The notes under the pieces are model-generated. The model had not been told where the DNA came from. It was given only the letters and a program-made list of their open reading frames with translations, and did not search any database. From Pirellulales bacterium (GTDB lineage: Bacteria > Planctomycetota > Planctomycetia > Pirellulales > JAICIG01), in assembly GCA_040901675.1 (NCBI GenBank), contig JBBDYJ010000025.1, forward strand, positions 63,943 to 127,942: a stretch of DNA of 64,000 nucleotides. Direction: 5' to 3'. This document shows positions 10,201 to 19,224 of this stretch, in pieces; within the stretch, counting starts at the first letter, position 1; every line of letters starts with the position of its first letter. Both the position numbers and the translations under genes were made by a program.

Positions 10201-11035
10201 CGTCGCCCACGGTGCAGAGGCCCTGGCAGTTGCTGACGGCGTCGGTGTATTCGACGACTCGGTCGAACACACCGTCGCCGCCGTCGTCGATCACGTGCAG
10301 GATCGGTCCCCCCTCGCGCGAGGCGACCAGCCTGCCGCGATTGCCCCAGGTAATCGCCACCAGCGAGCCCACCAGTTCCGGTTCGGCAATCCGCTCGATG
10401 TCAAACCCTTCGGCCAACTGGTAGCGATCGAGATAGCTGTCTGCAAACTCGATCGACTTCCAGGGCGACTCGGCGTGCGGGCCCAGGTCCCGCGCCTCCC
10501 GCCAACCGCGCGCGTCGAATCCCGCCGCCAGCCATGCCTCGCCGGGTTCGTCGCGCGTGGCCAACCAGCCGGCGGGCGAATCGAAGCTGATCGCTCGGCC
10601 GCCCTGCCCGCGGATCTCGCCATCGACCAGGATGCCGGCCTTGCCGCCTGGGGTGTCCGCCTCGATCGCGATCACGTTCGCTCCGCGTTCGACAATGCCG
10701 TTCAGGTTGTAGCGGTAGCTCTTCGACGATGTGTCTTCGCCTCGTAGAACAGAATTCATTCCGTGTCCGATGCGCCTGCCGTTTACCCACAGCACGAACT
10801 GGCCGTCGCAGGCGATCCGCACAGCGCCGGTCGACGGTTCGGTGGCCCGCACTTCCCTGCGGAACCAGGCCTTGCCCGGTGGCGCCTCGGCGGCCGGGTT
10901 CCCCTCATCGAACCACATCCAGTGCGCATCGACCGGCGTTTGGGCATGGCAGTCGCCGGCATGGGTTAAACCGACCAGGGCCAAGGCCAAAGCGGCCAGG
11001 GCCGATGCGCGCGGGGAACAATCGAGATAGGGCAT
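7214..11035 (-). CDS. PVC-type membrane-bound dehydrogenase-like protein (sugar-binding N-domain, beta-propeller, HEAT repeats, cytochrome c)
   Basis: GFRNHYDIAF, DSDMEW, GRGSPTG, CIKCH heme motif, GPDLT, SVMPEGL. A signal peptide follows ATG 11035; the ORF extension to 11224 is a toxin remnant. Confidence 0.85.
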   Translation of the reverse strand: MPYLDCSPRASALAALALALVGLTHAGDCHAQTPVDAHWMWFDEGNPAAEAPPGKAWFRREVRATEPSTGAVRIACDGQFVLWVNGRRIGHGMNSVLRGEDTSSKSYRYNLNGIVERGANVIAIEADTPGGKAGILVDGEIRGQGGRAISFDSPAGWLATRDEPGEAWLAAGFDARGWREARDLGPHAESPWKSIEFADSYLDRYQLAEGFDIERIAEPELVGSLVAITWGNRGRLVASREGGPILHVIDDGGDGVFDRVVEYTDAVSNCQGLCTVGDELYAVGNGPHGTGMYRLPDRDQDDVADEVRLVTKYRGGMGEHGPHSVVLGPDGRMYHNIGNHAWITHEPEPTSPIRDYYEGDLLQPRYEDPNGHAAGVPAPGGTIWRFSPDGKRWSLVTNGFRNHYDIAFNSAGEMFTFDSDMEWEVGMPFYKPVRVTHCTAGAEFGWRSNAGKWPDYYFDTLPAAVDVGRGSPTGVVFYEHDHFPPSYRGALIACDWSMGRIGAVRLERKGSSYAGTWENLVTGNPLNVSDVEVDRDGSLVFATGGRRTEGGLYRVTYRDAPPRLPADETLADALVMPQPSSAWARAAFAKIKDRLGNDWEAGLVEKAQRGEPQEQIRALTLLAQLGPPPSTELLIQLARDEDEQVRAFAAWLLEEHAEPAVAEALGGLLGDRSPLAARRAAEAFVASGLEAPVEPLMKLLAGSDRFARFAARLALERVPLEKWRRQVLACDDPRAVTHGLLALHRLGTDTLPPVEALRHELSIWDACWRGDDGLKLDLLRMIELTLSAGADGPQIDELKRRLLAAFAEAPSPGEPPGAEHALRMEISRILCYLQEPQAAAAILEAMEASPSQALQIHYALVTSYLAAGWTSELNGRLFDWYETTRAWEGGHSFGRWLENIMAEHLAHVPAEDRRRLVEGWQRRPFAARLILSKSEPEAIAGYEEVVRLVMAQLDDDPGQSGGEAMVSVAIESLAKSKSLTARETLGKLFEDLPDRREQIARGMSQEPSAEYFPYLVRTLDFADDTTLQLCIAALRAIDRKPDESGAIRSAILAGLKLGAQGGLAAVDLLEKWTGSPRRGGLDAIAALEHYQQWFRDRYPDSPPPELPQARAEEARYGYQELLDLLENNSHGLAGDTGRGEAVFAKSNCIKCHRFKEKGEGMGPDLTAVRRRFQRKEIVESLVYPSQVISDQYRSITLVTIEGQVFTGMPAAAQDGAQSIVLLMPDATRLEIPKKNIDEIEPARTSVMPEGLLKELSPQEIVDLFAFLETSKDN

Positions 11036-11178
11036 CACGGGCTTTAGGTTCGCGGTGGGCCGGGGTCGCAGTGGTGCGTAGTCCAAACCGGCTGGACGCA
11101 CACCAATCGACGGCGGGTGTCTTGTGTCATGTCTATCATACCCGCTGGAAGACCGGAGAGGGAGCAGGGCCGACAGCC

Positions 11179-11224
11179 GCTGGTGATAATCGACCAGCAC
11201 GACGTCGCCGCGCGAGACGTTCAT
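11179..11224 (-). pseudogene. Remnant of a PemK/MazF-family toxin gene
   Basis: MNVSRGDVVLVDY matches the MazF/PemK N-terminal RGD(V/I)V.V motif. ATGA overlap with the upstream small gene; the RP.(L/V)V core is absent. Confidence 0.6.
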
Positions 11225-11484
11225 GACTGGCGGCGTGGACCGAGGTCGTCGTAGGTGTCCATCGTCGGATCCTCCCAGCCGGCGCGCCGTCCGAACTGCC
11301 GCAGGTGAAATAGCCGTTCCTGCTGCGTCACTGGATCCTCTTCAAACAGCGACTTGAACCGCTCGTAAACCTCGGCCCGGAGCAGCACGAAGCTGGCCTG
11401 CCGAGACGGATCGCTGACCCGGACCGGCACCTCCCGCTCTCCTTGCACGTCGGCCCATTGTTGTTCGGTAAGTTGAATCGGCAT
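11221..11484 (-). CDS. Small hypothetical protein, probable antitoxin
   Basis: 87 aa with an acidic GWEDPTMDTYD C-terminus, translationally coupled to the toxin remnant. Confidence 0.65.
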   Translation of the reverse strand: MPIQLTEQQWADVQGEREVPVRVSDPSRQASFVLLRAEVYERFKSLFEEDPVTQQERLFHLRQFGRRAGWEDPTMDTYDDLGPRRQS

Positions 11485-11611
11485 CGTTGCACCCCGAAAT
11501 AGAACTCCCGTATTGTATTCGACTCCGACAATCCCAGCCCGCGGGTGCGTTCAGTGAACTACTCGCGGAGCGAGTGGACCACACTACCACACTAGATGAC
11601 CGAAAAGCACC

Positions 11612-11640
11612 TTGACGCCGCAACCTCGTTTCCCTACGCT
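11612..11640 (+). promoter_or_regulatory. Putative sigma70-type promoter
   Basis: TTGACG-17 bp-TACGCT upstream of the small lipoprotein and MFS genes. Confidence 0.45.
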
Positions 11641-11713
11641 AGGCGGCCCCATGTTTGCGGAACATTCAGCCCGGCACCCAGTCCGCCTACCCCCCATCGG
11701 GAAAAACCGTGTC

Positions 11714-11854
11714 ATGAAACGACTGCTGCTGTATCCGTTGATCGTTGTTGTCGCGGCTGCCTTGTCGGGATGTTGCTGTGGCGCAGGCCGGCCGTGGGGC
11801 CTTGGCCAGCCAGCCTACCAGACCTATTCGGCTCCGGTCTGTGCTTGCGACTGA
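11714..11854 (+). CDS. Small Cys-rich lipoprotein (46 aa)
   Basis: MKRLLLYPLIVVVAAALSGC: lipoprotein signal with LSGC lipobox, then CCG...VCACD. Confidence 0.6.
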   Translation: MKRLLLYPLIVVVAAALSGCCCGAGRPWGLGQPAYQTYSAPVCACD

Positions 11855-11859
11855 ACGGT

Positions 11860-13317
11860 ATGGCAACAGCACTGGACGAACCTCCCAGTTCTATCCGCGC
11901 GGCGGCCGGCGCTGGCCCCCGCCGCGCGACAACGCTTCGCAAAGACCTCCGCGCCATCATGGGCGATGGCGCCAGCTTCAGCGTGATGGTCGGCGTCGGC
12001 GAAACGTACCTGCCGGCCTTCGCTTTGGCGGCCGGAATGGGCGAGCTGGCCGCGGGCCTGATCACCACCGTGCCGCTGGTGGGCGGCGCTTGCCTGCAGC
12101 TCGCCTCGCCTGCCGCGGTCCGCCGGCTCGGCTCGCATCGCCGCTGGGTCGTGCTGTGCGCCGTCTGCCAGTGCGCCAGCTTCGTGCCGCTGGTGGCCAT
12201 GATTCTCCTGGGCCGCATCCAGCCGGCGCTGGTGTTCCTGATGGCCGCCGTCTATTGGGGCGCGGGCATGGGCACCGGGCCCGCCTGGAACACCTGGGTG
12301 GGAACGCTGGTGCCCGGTTCGATACGGCCGGCCTATTTTGCCCGGCGGACACGCGTCAGCCAGGCGGGCGTGCTGGCCGGGTTCTTGGGAGGCGGCTTCG
12401 CCTTGCATGCGGGCGCCGCCTGGGACCGCGTTTTGCCGGCCTTTGCCTGCCTGTTCTTTACGGCGGCGGTCTGCCGATTCATATCGGCTGCTTTCCTGGC
12501 GAGCCAAAGCGAACCGTGCCCGCCGACTTCCGGGCACCGCGATGTTCCGCTGTCCGAGTTTGTCCGCCGGCTGCGGGGCGGGGCCGACGGCTCGCTGTTG
12601 ATCTACCTGCTGTGCGTGCAGAGCGCCGCGCAGATTGCCGGGCCGTACTTCACGCCCTACATGCTCAACCAACTGCGCTTCTCTTACCTGGAATACGTGC
12701 TGTTGATCGGCACTTCGTTCGTGGCCAAGATCCTCGCGCTTCCGGCGCTGGGCAGGCTCGCTCGCCGTACCGGCGCCCGGCACCTGTTGTGGGTGGGCGG
12801 GATCGGCATCGTGCCCATCTCGGGCCTGTGGCTGGTCTCGCAGTCGTTCGGGTTCCTGGTGATCGTGCAGTTGTTGGGCGGGGTCGCCTGGGCGGCCTAC
12901 GAGCTGGCGATGTTCCTCTTGTTTTTCGAGACGATCCGCGAGGAGGAACGCACCAGCGTGCTCACCACGTACAACTTTGCCCACGCCATGGCCACCGTGC
13001 TCGGTTCGCTCCTGGGGGGCATGCTGCTGGCTCTCTTGGGCGAGCGCCCCGCCGCTTACCTGACGCTGTTTGCCCTCTCGTCGGCCGCCCGCATGGGCGC
13101 TGTGATGTTCCTGGGCCGCGTGCCCGAGGTCAGCGGCCAGGTGGTGCCGATTGCCACGCGGATGGTCGAGCTGCGTCCTTCGATCGGTTCGATCGACAAG
13201 CCGATCCTGGCCAGCCTGCCCAAGCAATCGCCCGACCCGCTCAGCGCCTCTCCCGGTCCCCTCGAATGGCAAGCGGCCGCGGCGCCCGTGGAGGAACCCG
13301 TTGCCGACCAGGTCTAA
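11860..13317 (+). CDS. MFS transporter
   Basis: About 12 TM helices, GRLARRTGAR loop motif. ATG 11860 lies 5 nt after the lipoprotein stop. Confidence 0.85.
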   Translation: MATALDEPPSSIRAAAGAGPRRATTLRKDLRAIMGDGASFSVMVGVGETYLPAFALAAGMGELAAGLITTVPLVGGACLQLASPAAVRRLGSHRRWVVLCAVCQCASFVPLVAMILLGRIQPALVFLMAAVYWGAGMGTGPAWNTWVGTLVPGSIRPAYFARRTRVSQAGVLAGFLGGGFALHAGAAWDRVLPAFACLFFTAAVCRFISAAFLASQSEPCPPTSGHRDVPLSEFVRRLRGGADGSLLIYLLCVQSAAQIAGPYFTPYMLNQLRFSYLEYVLLIGTSFVAKILALPALGRLARRTGARHLLWVGGIGIVPISGLWLVSQSFGFLVIVQLLGGVAWAAYELAMFLLFFETIREEERTSVLTTYNFAHAMATVLGSLLGGMLLALLGERPAAYLTLFALSSAARMGAVMFLGRVPEVSGQVVPIATRMVELRPSIGSIDKPILASLPKQSPDPLSASPGPLEWQAAAAPVEEPVADQV

Positions 13318-14678
13318 CGCAGCATCGCGACGGCGATTGCAAAGTAGACCACAATGCCGGTCACGTCGACGAGGCTGGCCACCACGGGGTTGGACATCAA
13401 GGCCGGGTCGAGGCCCACGCGCTTGAGGGCCAAAGGCAACAGCGCGCCGACCAGGTTGCCGCACAGCACGACCACCGCCACACCCAGCGATACGACCACG
13501 CCGAGTTGCACCGGGTCGAGACCCTCCAGGTCCTTCCTGGGAGTCAGCCAGGCCCTGAAAAAGCCGACGAATCCCAGCGTCAGTCCCAGCGATGCGCCCA
13601 TCAGGACCTCGTGCCACAACACGCGAAACCAGTCGGCAGGCCGCACTTCGCCCAGCGCCAGGGCGCGCGTGATCAGCGTGGCCGACTGGCTGCCGCAGTT
13701 GCCGCCGGCCGAGATGATCAGGGGCACGAAGAGCACCAGGGCGGGAATCGCCGTGTAGACAGTCTCGTAACGGGCCAGCGCGGTCGTGGTGAGAAACCCT
13801 CCCACGAAGAGGATGGCGAGCCACAGCGCCCGCTTGCCCCACAGCGTGGCGAACGGCGTCCGCAGGTAGCTATCGACCAGGGGAGCCACGCCGCCCATGC
13901 GGTGGACGTCTTCGGTCGCCTCGTCGACGATCACGTCGAGCACGTCGTCATGCGTGACGATGCCGACCAGGCGTCGTTCGGCGTCGAGGATGGGCAGCGC
14001 GATCAAGTCGTACTCGGCCAGCTTCTGTGCGGCCAGCTCGCGATCTTCGTCGACCGTGGCCGAGACCACGTCGGTCTGCATGATGTCGGCAACCCGGCGG
14101 TGCGGAGGCGCCAGGATCAAGTCTTTGAGCGAGACGAAGCCCACCAGCCGCCGCCGCTCGTCCACGACGTAGCAGTAATAGATCGTCTCGCGGTCGGGCG
14201 CTTCGTGCCGCAGCCGTTCGATGGCGGCCGCGGCGGTGGCATCGGCCGGCAACGTGGCATAGTCGCTGGTCATCACCGCCCCGGCCGTCCCCTCCCGGTA
14301 CGAAGCCAGCGCCCGGATGTCCTCGCGTTCGGCGTGAGCCAGCAAGGGGAGGATCTGCTCGGTCCGCTCCAGCGGCAGCCGGCTGACCAGGTCGGCCCGC
14401 TCGTCGTGCGACATCAACGTCAACAGCGACGCCAGGGCATTGCGCTCCATCAGGCCTGACACGCCATCCTGCAGGGCCGGCTCCAGGTACGAGAACACCG
14501 TGGCGCGGGTGCGCCCGTCGAGCAGGTTGAGCACATAGAGGACTTCCTCCGGCGCGAGATCGTCGAGCAAGTCGGCCGTATCGGCCGGGTGGTGCTCGGC
14601 GAAGAACTCGCGGAGCGAGTTCTCGTCGCGTTCCAGGATCAGCTCGCGCAAGTCGGGTGCCAGCAGGGGATGTCGCAT
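13314..14678 (-). CDS. mgtE: Magnesium transporter MgtE
   Basis: MgtE N-domain, CBS pair (AGAVMT..., LVGIVTHDD), GGNCGSQS and DPALMSNPVVASLVDVTG motifs. Confidence 0.95.
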   Translation of the reverse strand: MRHPLLAPDLRELILERDENSLREFFAEHHPADTADLLDDLAPEEVLYVLNLLDGRTRATVFSYLEPALQDGVSGLMERNALASLLTLMSHDERADLVSRLPLERTEQILPLLAHAEREDIRALASYREGTAGAVMTSDYATLPADATAAAAIERLRHEAPDRETIYYCYVVDERRRLVGFVSLKDLILAPPHRRVADIMQTDVVSATVDEDRELAAQKLAEYDLIALPILDAERRLVGIVTHDDVLDVIVDEATEDVHRMGGVAPLVDSYLRTPFATLWGKRALWLAILFVGGFLTTTALARYETVYTAIPALVLFVPLIISAGGNCGSQSATLITRALALGEVRPADWFRVLWHEVLMGASLGLTLGFVGFFRAWLTPRKDLEGLDPVQLGVVVSLGVAVVVLCGNLVGALLPLALKRVGLDPALMSNPVVASLVDVTGIVVYFAIAVAMLR

Positions 14679-14695
14679 GGGGAGGTGTTCGGCAA

Positions 14696-15493
14696 TCAGT
14701 TTTGAGTGTTCAGCTTGAAGTGTTGAAGGCGGATATCGCTATCGACCGTGAGCACCGTTTCATCGGGCACTTCGTGCCAGTCGCCCGCGCCGATCGGCTC
14801 GGACGCGATCAGCGCCAGCCGGCCGCTTTCGCTCTCTTCGGCGCGCCAATGCAGGCTGTGCCGAAAGCGCGAGGCGACCAACTGCCGGCCGTCGGTCAAC
14901 AGGAAGTTCAGCCGGCACGTCTCCGAAGGATCCGCTTCGGCGCACCAGCTTGCCAGACGCCGGATCGAGTCGCCGACCAGACCGGCCAATGCACCCAGGC
15001 GGGCCGGCGTCGCGGCCTGGTCGAGCCCGGCCACACGGATCTGGCTCAGCAGCCAATAGAAGACCAGTTCGCTGTCGGTGCTGCCTTGGACGTGTTGGGC
15101 CAGCTCGCTGATCACCTCCCGCCGGACGAAGCCGACCACCTGGTCGAAGCCGGTCACGGTGCCGTTATGGGCAAACAGCCAGCGGCCGTGGTGAAACGGG
15201 TGCGTGTTCTCGACCGACCGGGTGCCGACCGACGCCTGGCGGACGTGCCCTATCACGATCGGCGAGCGGACCTGCCTGGCTGCCGTCAGGAACTCGTCAT
15301 CCTCGCCGGCCGCCACCGGGCGGCGGACGACGTTGGGCCGGCCGTTGCGATAATAGCCCATGCCCCAGCCATCTCCATGCGATTCGCCCCGCAAGTCGCC
15401 GCAGCTTTGCCTGCGCAGCGAGTGCGGATCATCGACCAGCAGCTTTTCCACCGTGAGAGGCCGGTCCGCGAATTGGGCAAAGAAACGGCACAT
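14696..15493 (-). CDS. Class II glutamine amidotransferase (Ntn hydrolase, EgtC/YafJ-like)
   Basis: N-terminal MCR, HGDGWG, GHVRQAS, NTHPF, FAHNG, TDSE. Confidence 0.9.
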   Translation of the reverse strand: MCRFFAQFADRPLTVEKLLVDDPHSLRRQSCGDLRGESHGDGWGMGYYRNGRPNVVRRPVAAGEDDEFLTAARQVRSPIVIGHVRQASVGTRSVENTHPFHHGRWLFAHNGTVTGFDQVVGFVRREVISELAQHVQGSTDSELVFYWLLSQIRVAGLDQAATPARLGALAGLVGDSIRRLASWCAEADPSETCRLNFLLTDGRQLVASRFRHSLHWRAEESESGRLALIASEPIGAGDWHEVPDETVLTVDSDIRLQHFKLNTQN

Positions 15494-15529
15494 GCTGCCA
15501 CTCTACCAATTTCGGACTCGGTGTGTGCT

Positions 15530-16810
15530 CTAGTCGCCGCGGCCCGCGAGAGTATACATCCGGTTTTCCGCCAGGCAGCCGGCCAGCTCGCCATAGACCT
15601 CCATCAGCCGGTGCCGGGCCGCTGGCGGGTCCGGCCAGTCGACGCCCTCCAGCGACTCGAGGATCCGCCGCGCCAGTGGACCTTCCTCCACGAGGATTTG
15701 CCAGGCGCGCCGCCAGCGGCCGGGATCGACCGACTTCGTCGATACAGGCGACAGGTCGTCCAGCAGATGCCGCCAGATCTGCCCGGCCAGGCACCGCTCG
15801 GACTTCAGTCCAAGGCAGGCCAGGTAAGCCGGGTCGTCGATCACCGCCCGCTCTGCATCGCGCGTGCACTTCAACAGGATCCGCTCCAGCGGCTCGACCG
15901 GCCACGCGCTCTGCACGGCCAGCGGCGCCCAGCGCTCGCCGACCAAACCTTCCAGCGCGGCCGCCACCGCGGCGCAAACGGCCAGGTCGGCCAGCGGGCA
16001 TTCCTGCACGTCGAGCAGGCGGATCTCGATCGTGCCGCGGCTGAAGCGCGCGATCGCACCGCGCGCGTTGAGAAACTCGTCCCGCAGGATTCCCTGCGGA
16101 TCGTGCGGCGCGATTTCGGCGTACATCGGCTGCAGAATCTCTTGCTCGTATCGCTCCCGCGTGAAAACCGCCTCGGGGATGACTCGCCCGGCAACCGACG
16201 GAATCTTGATCGAGTTCGTGCGGTAGTAGTCGAGCCGCGTGTCGAGCAACCCGCTGGGGCGCCCATCCGCCAGCGGCGAGCTGGCCGCCAAGGCAGGCAG
16301 GATCGGCAGCACGAGCCGCACGGCCGCGTGCAGCCGCCCGAACTCGTCGTCCGAGGCGAACGGCAAGTTCAAGTGCACGCTCTGCAGGTTCGACCAGCCG
16401 TGGCCGCGGCAGTCGAAGATGCGGTCGTATGCCTGGTAGACCTCTCCGCCGCCGTGCGGCCAGAGCCTGGTTTCGCGCGCGGGGTCCATCCAAGGGTGCA
16501 TGGCCGTGGGGAGCAAGCGGGCGTCCAGCGGCTGCAGCAAGCCGTTGATGTGCGGCACCTCGGCCGCAAAGAGCTCGACCAGCGGCTCCAGCCGCCGGAC
16601 GGGTTCGGTGTTCTTGAGCTCGATCACGTGAGCCACCAGCTCGTTGGACCAGGTGATCGGGCCGCGGACCACGTCGGAGACACACCTGCCGGCTTGCCGC
16701 CGCAGCAATTCGTCGGCCGCGGCGAGGACCGCCATCCCCCGGCCGACGATCATGTACTCCAGTTCCACGCCGAAACGCTGGAACAGGCCCCATGCCCCGG
16801 CCTCGCTCAC
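15530..16810 (-). CDS. Glutamate-cysteine ligase family 2 (GCS2) carboxylate-amine ligase
   Basis: FGVELEYMIV, NELVAHVIELK, AMHPWMDP, HLNLPF, IEIRLLD. GTGA overlap with the RimK gene stop. Confidence 0.88.
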   Translation of the reverse strand: MSEAGAWGLFQRFGVELEYMIVGRGMAVLAAADELLRRQAGRCVSDVVRGPITWSNELVAHVIELKNTEPVRRLEPLVELFAAEVPHINGLLQPLDARLLPTAMHPWMDPARETRLWPHGGGEVYQAYDRIFDCRGHGWSNLQSVHLNLPFASDDEFGRLHAAVRLVLPILPALAASSPLADGRPSGLLDTRLDYYRTNSIKIPSVAGRVIPEAVFTRERYEQEILQPMYAEIAPHDPQGILRDEFLNARGAIARFSRGTIEIRLLDVQECPLADLAVCAAVAAALEGLVGERWAPLAVQSAWPVEPLERILLKCTRDAERAVIDDPAYLACLGLKSERCLAGQIWRHLLDDLSPVSTKSVDPGRWRRAWQILVEEGPLARRILESLEGVDWPDPPAARHRLMEVYGELAGCLAENRMYTLAGRGD

Positions 16811-18276
16811 GCCGACCTCGCTCCGGCCTTGAGCCGTTCGATGCGGTCGACAAACGTGTCCATGATCCGGCTGTAGAGCTCTTCGCGCAAAAAGTCGTCC
16901 TCGACTCCCGCGTCGATGTTTGGGTTGTCGTTGACTTCGATCACGTAGGCCTGCCGGCCCACGATTTTCACGTCGACGCCGTAGAGTCCGTCGCCGATCA
17001 GGTTGGCCGCCTTGACGGCCGCCCTGACCACCTGGCGCGGCGCCTGCTGCACGGCCAGCGTTTCGGTGCGCCCGTAACGCCGGTGGCCGTTCTCGTCGCT
17101 CTTGGTGATCTGCCAGTGTTTTTCGACCATGTGGTATTTGCAGGCATACAGGGACGCGCGGTCGAAGACCCCGATCCGCCAATCGAAGCTGGTCGGCAGG
17201 AACTCCTGGGCGATGACCAGGTCGCTCTTGGCCAGGAAGCGTTCGGCCCATTCGGCCAGCGACTGCCCGTCATCGACCTTGACCACGCCCTGCGAGAAGG
17301 CGGCGTCGGGCTGCTTGAGGACGCAGGGGAACCCCAGCTCGCTGCCGATGGCCTCCACGTTGTCCTTGTGGACCAGCAGGGTCCGCGGCACCGGCACTTT
17401 GTAGCGATCGAGCAGCTCGGCCAGGTAGACCTTGTTGGAGCACTTGAGGATCGACTCCGGGTCGTCGATGACCACCAGGCCTTCCATCTTGGCCCGCCGG
17501 GCGAAGCGGTAGGTGTGATGGCTGACGGCCGTGGTCTCACGGATGAACAGCGCGTCGAATTCGGCCAGCCGGGCATAGTCGTCGCGGCCGATGGTTTCCA
17601 TCCGCAGGCCGGCCTGCTCGGCCGCCTTGCCGAAGCGCGAGAGCGCCTTTTTGTCGGAGGGTGGCAGCGCCTCGTCGGGGTTGACCAGCACGGCCAGGTC
17701 GTACTTGGTGGCGGCCCGCTTGCGGACCGTGGGCCGGCGGCCGGCGAAGTGCTCGCTGGCCACTTCGAGCAGGAAGGCCCGGTGCGCCAGCGGGATCTCG
17801 CCCAGCGGAATGGGATCGATGGTCCGCAACTGCCATTTGCCGTTCTTGACGAACTGGGCCCGCAGCAAGGGCGCCTGGAACAGGTTGAACAGGTGCATGC
17901 TGAGCCGATCGTATCGCTTGGCCAGGTTGCGGCCGAAGTACACGCTGAGCGTGAACTTGGGCGACTCGATCTTGGCCAGGCTGCGCTGGATGATCTCGTC
18001 CAGGTCCTCCGAGACGAAGCGGACTACCGTCTGGCTCTTCAGATCCTGGACCGTCATGATGTTGGGCAGCGGCTTGTGCCCCCGGGCCGTCGCCAGCAGG
18101 GTCACGTAGTATCCCAGGCTCTGATAGCGGTACGAGCGGCAGAGGTTGATGACCTTGCTGCCGCGCAGCTCGCCGTACTCGGGCCGCGTCAGGTACGACC
18201 GCGCATCGAGCACTTCCACGCCGGGAATATCGAAGGGCCACTCAAGGGGATTGTTGACGACGATCAACGTTGGCAT
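16807..18276 (-). CDS. RimK-family ATP-grasp ligase with an N-terminal RLAN domain
   Basis: VINLCRSYRYQSLGYYVTLLA.ARGH (RLAN), DALFIRETT, FPCVLK, GDGLYGVD, IEVNDNPNID. Confidence 0.9.
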   Translation of the reverse strand: MPTLIVVNNPLEWPFDIPGVEVLDARSYLTRPEYGELRGSKVINLCRSYRYQSLGYYVTLLATARGHKPLPNIMTVQDLKSQTVVRFVSEDLDEIIQRSLAKIESPKFTLSVYFGRNLAKRYDRLSMHLFNLFQAPLLRAQFVKNGKWQLRTIDPIPLGEIPLAHRAFLLEVASEHFAGRRPTVRKRAATKYDLAVLVNPDEALPPSDKKALSRFGKAAEQAGLRMETIGRDDYARLAEFDALFIRETTAVSHHTYRFARRAKMEGLVVIDDPESILKCSNKVYLAELLDRYKVPVPRTLLVHKDNVEAIGSELGFPCVLKQPDAAFSQGVVKVDDGQSLAEWAERFLAKSDLVIAQEFLPTSFDWRIGVFDRASLYACKYHMVEKHWQITKSDENGHRRYGRTETLAVQQAPRQVVRAAVKAANLIGDGLYGVDVKIVGRQAYVIEVNDNPNIDAGVEDDFLREELYSRIMDTFVDRIERLKAGARSA

Positions 18277-18997
18277 GGTATCCTGTGCTGCGCGTGGGGC
18301 GCGGCTCGATGATCAGCAGATTCGCGTCGTACGTGAGAATGCCCAGCAGGATTGAGCAAATCACGCGGTCGATGCTGATCAAGTATTGGTTGCTCCCGGA
18401 AACGGGGTTCGACTCCAGCGGGTCGGCCACCAGCACCTGCCGCTTCTCGCGGTCGTAGCCGCACAGCACCACGAAGTGCCCGGAGGGCCCCCCGCGCACG
18501 TCGTCCTCGACGAACTTGGGCCCGTACTCCCTGGCGCTGCGGTGCAGGTAGGTGGCACTGAGGCCGGTCAACACCGGGATGCCCCGGTTCAAGTACTTGC
18601 GGATCAGGCTGGTGGTCAGGTCTTCAAATCGCAGCTCGCCTCCCAGCGACAAAAACTCCAGGTAAGCCCGCGTGGCCAGGGCCAGCTTGGCCGATTGCTT
18701 GTGCAGCATCTGCGCACGCAGCCGCTCGGCGATGTCCGGCCCACGCGGCACGAACCAGGTAGGATCGAAAATGTGCAAGTTGTACGTGAAGATCTTGGCA
18801 CGGTAGCCCCTCCGCAAGGCGTGGCAGGCCAGCAGCACGTCCAGCGTGCCCCCCTCCGCCAGGTGCGGCACCTCGGCAATCACTTGTTCCAGGGGCAGCT
18901 CATCTCCATAGTAGCGATAGACCGCGTGCAGGCAGGTGGGGCCGCAGGTTACGTCGTCCGGCTGGGGCAGAATCGCGAACTCGAGCTTCGTTTCCAT
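18242..18997 (-). CDS. Peptidase C39-like (papain-fold) protein
   Basis: QPDDVTCGPTCL (Cys), GHFVVLCGYD (His), VADP (Asp). Confidence 0.85.
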   Translation of the reverse strand: METKLEFAILPQPDDVTCGPTCLHAVYRYYGDELPLEQVIAEVPHLAEGGTLDVLLACHALRRGYRAKIFTYNLHIFDPTWFVPRGPDIAERLRAQMLHKQSAKLALATRAYLEFLSLGGELRFEDLTTSLIRKYLNRGIPVLTGLSATYLHRSAREYGPKFVEDDVRGGPSGHFVVLCGYDREKRQVLVADPLESNPVSGSNQYLISIDRVICSILLGILTYDANLLIIEPRPTRSTGYHANVDRRQQSP

Positions 18998-19224
18998 GTC
19001 GATTCCGCCGGCCAGGCCGCCCAGGCCCACCGCAAGCCCTCGGGCGCAAAACGGCCCTTGGACGCGGTAATTCTAGACGCTGGCCCCCTTTCCGACGAGA
19101 CCAACTCGTTATTGTGGCACCCGCCTGCCGCCTGTAAAGCCGGCAGGCTAATGCACCAACAATAGGTCAGAAGCAAGCCAGATGCCGGCAAGACGCAAGA
19201 TCGCCACGGCGGATGCCCAGCTTC

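Noticed and set aside
11036..11224. N-terminal extension of the 1336-aa ORF as a real toxin-dehydrogenase fusion
   Set aside because: The signal peptide begins at about 11035; the extension is a toxin stump plus non-coding-looking sequence.
11745..14459. 904-aa plus-strand ORF and other long overlapping ORFs (14657-16876, 33210-35030, 57892-60669)
   Set aside because: Alternative-frame or antisense shadows of well-supported genes, with no recognisable motifs.
14696..16810. Ergothioneine biosynthesis (egtA/egtC)
   Set aside because: No egtB or egtD is present, and the context is the RimK/C39 ligase operon.
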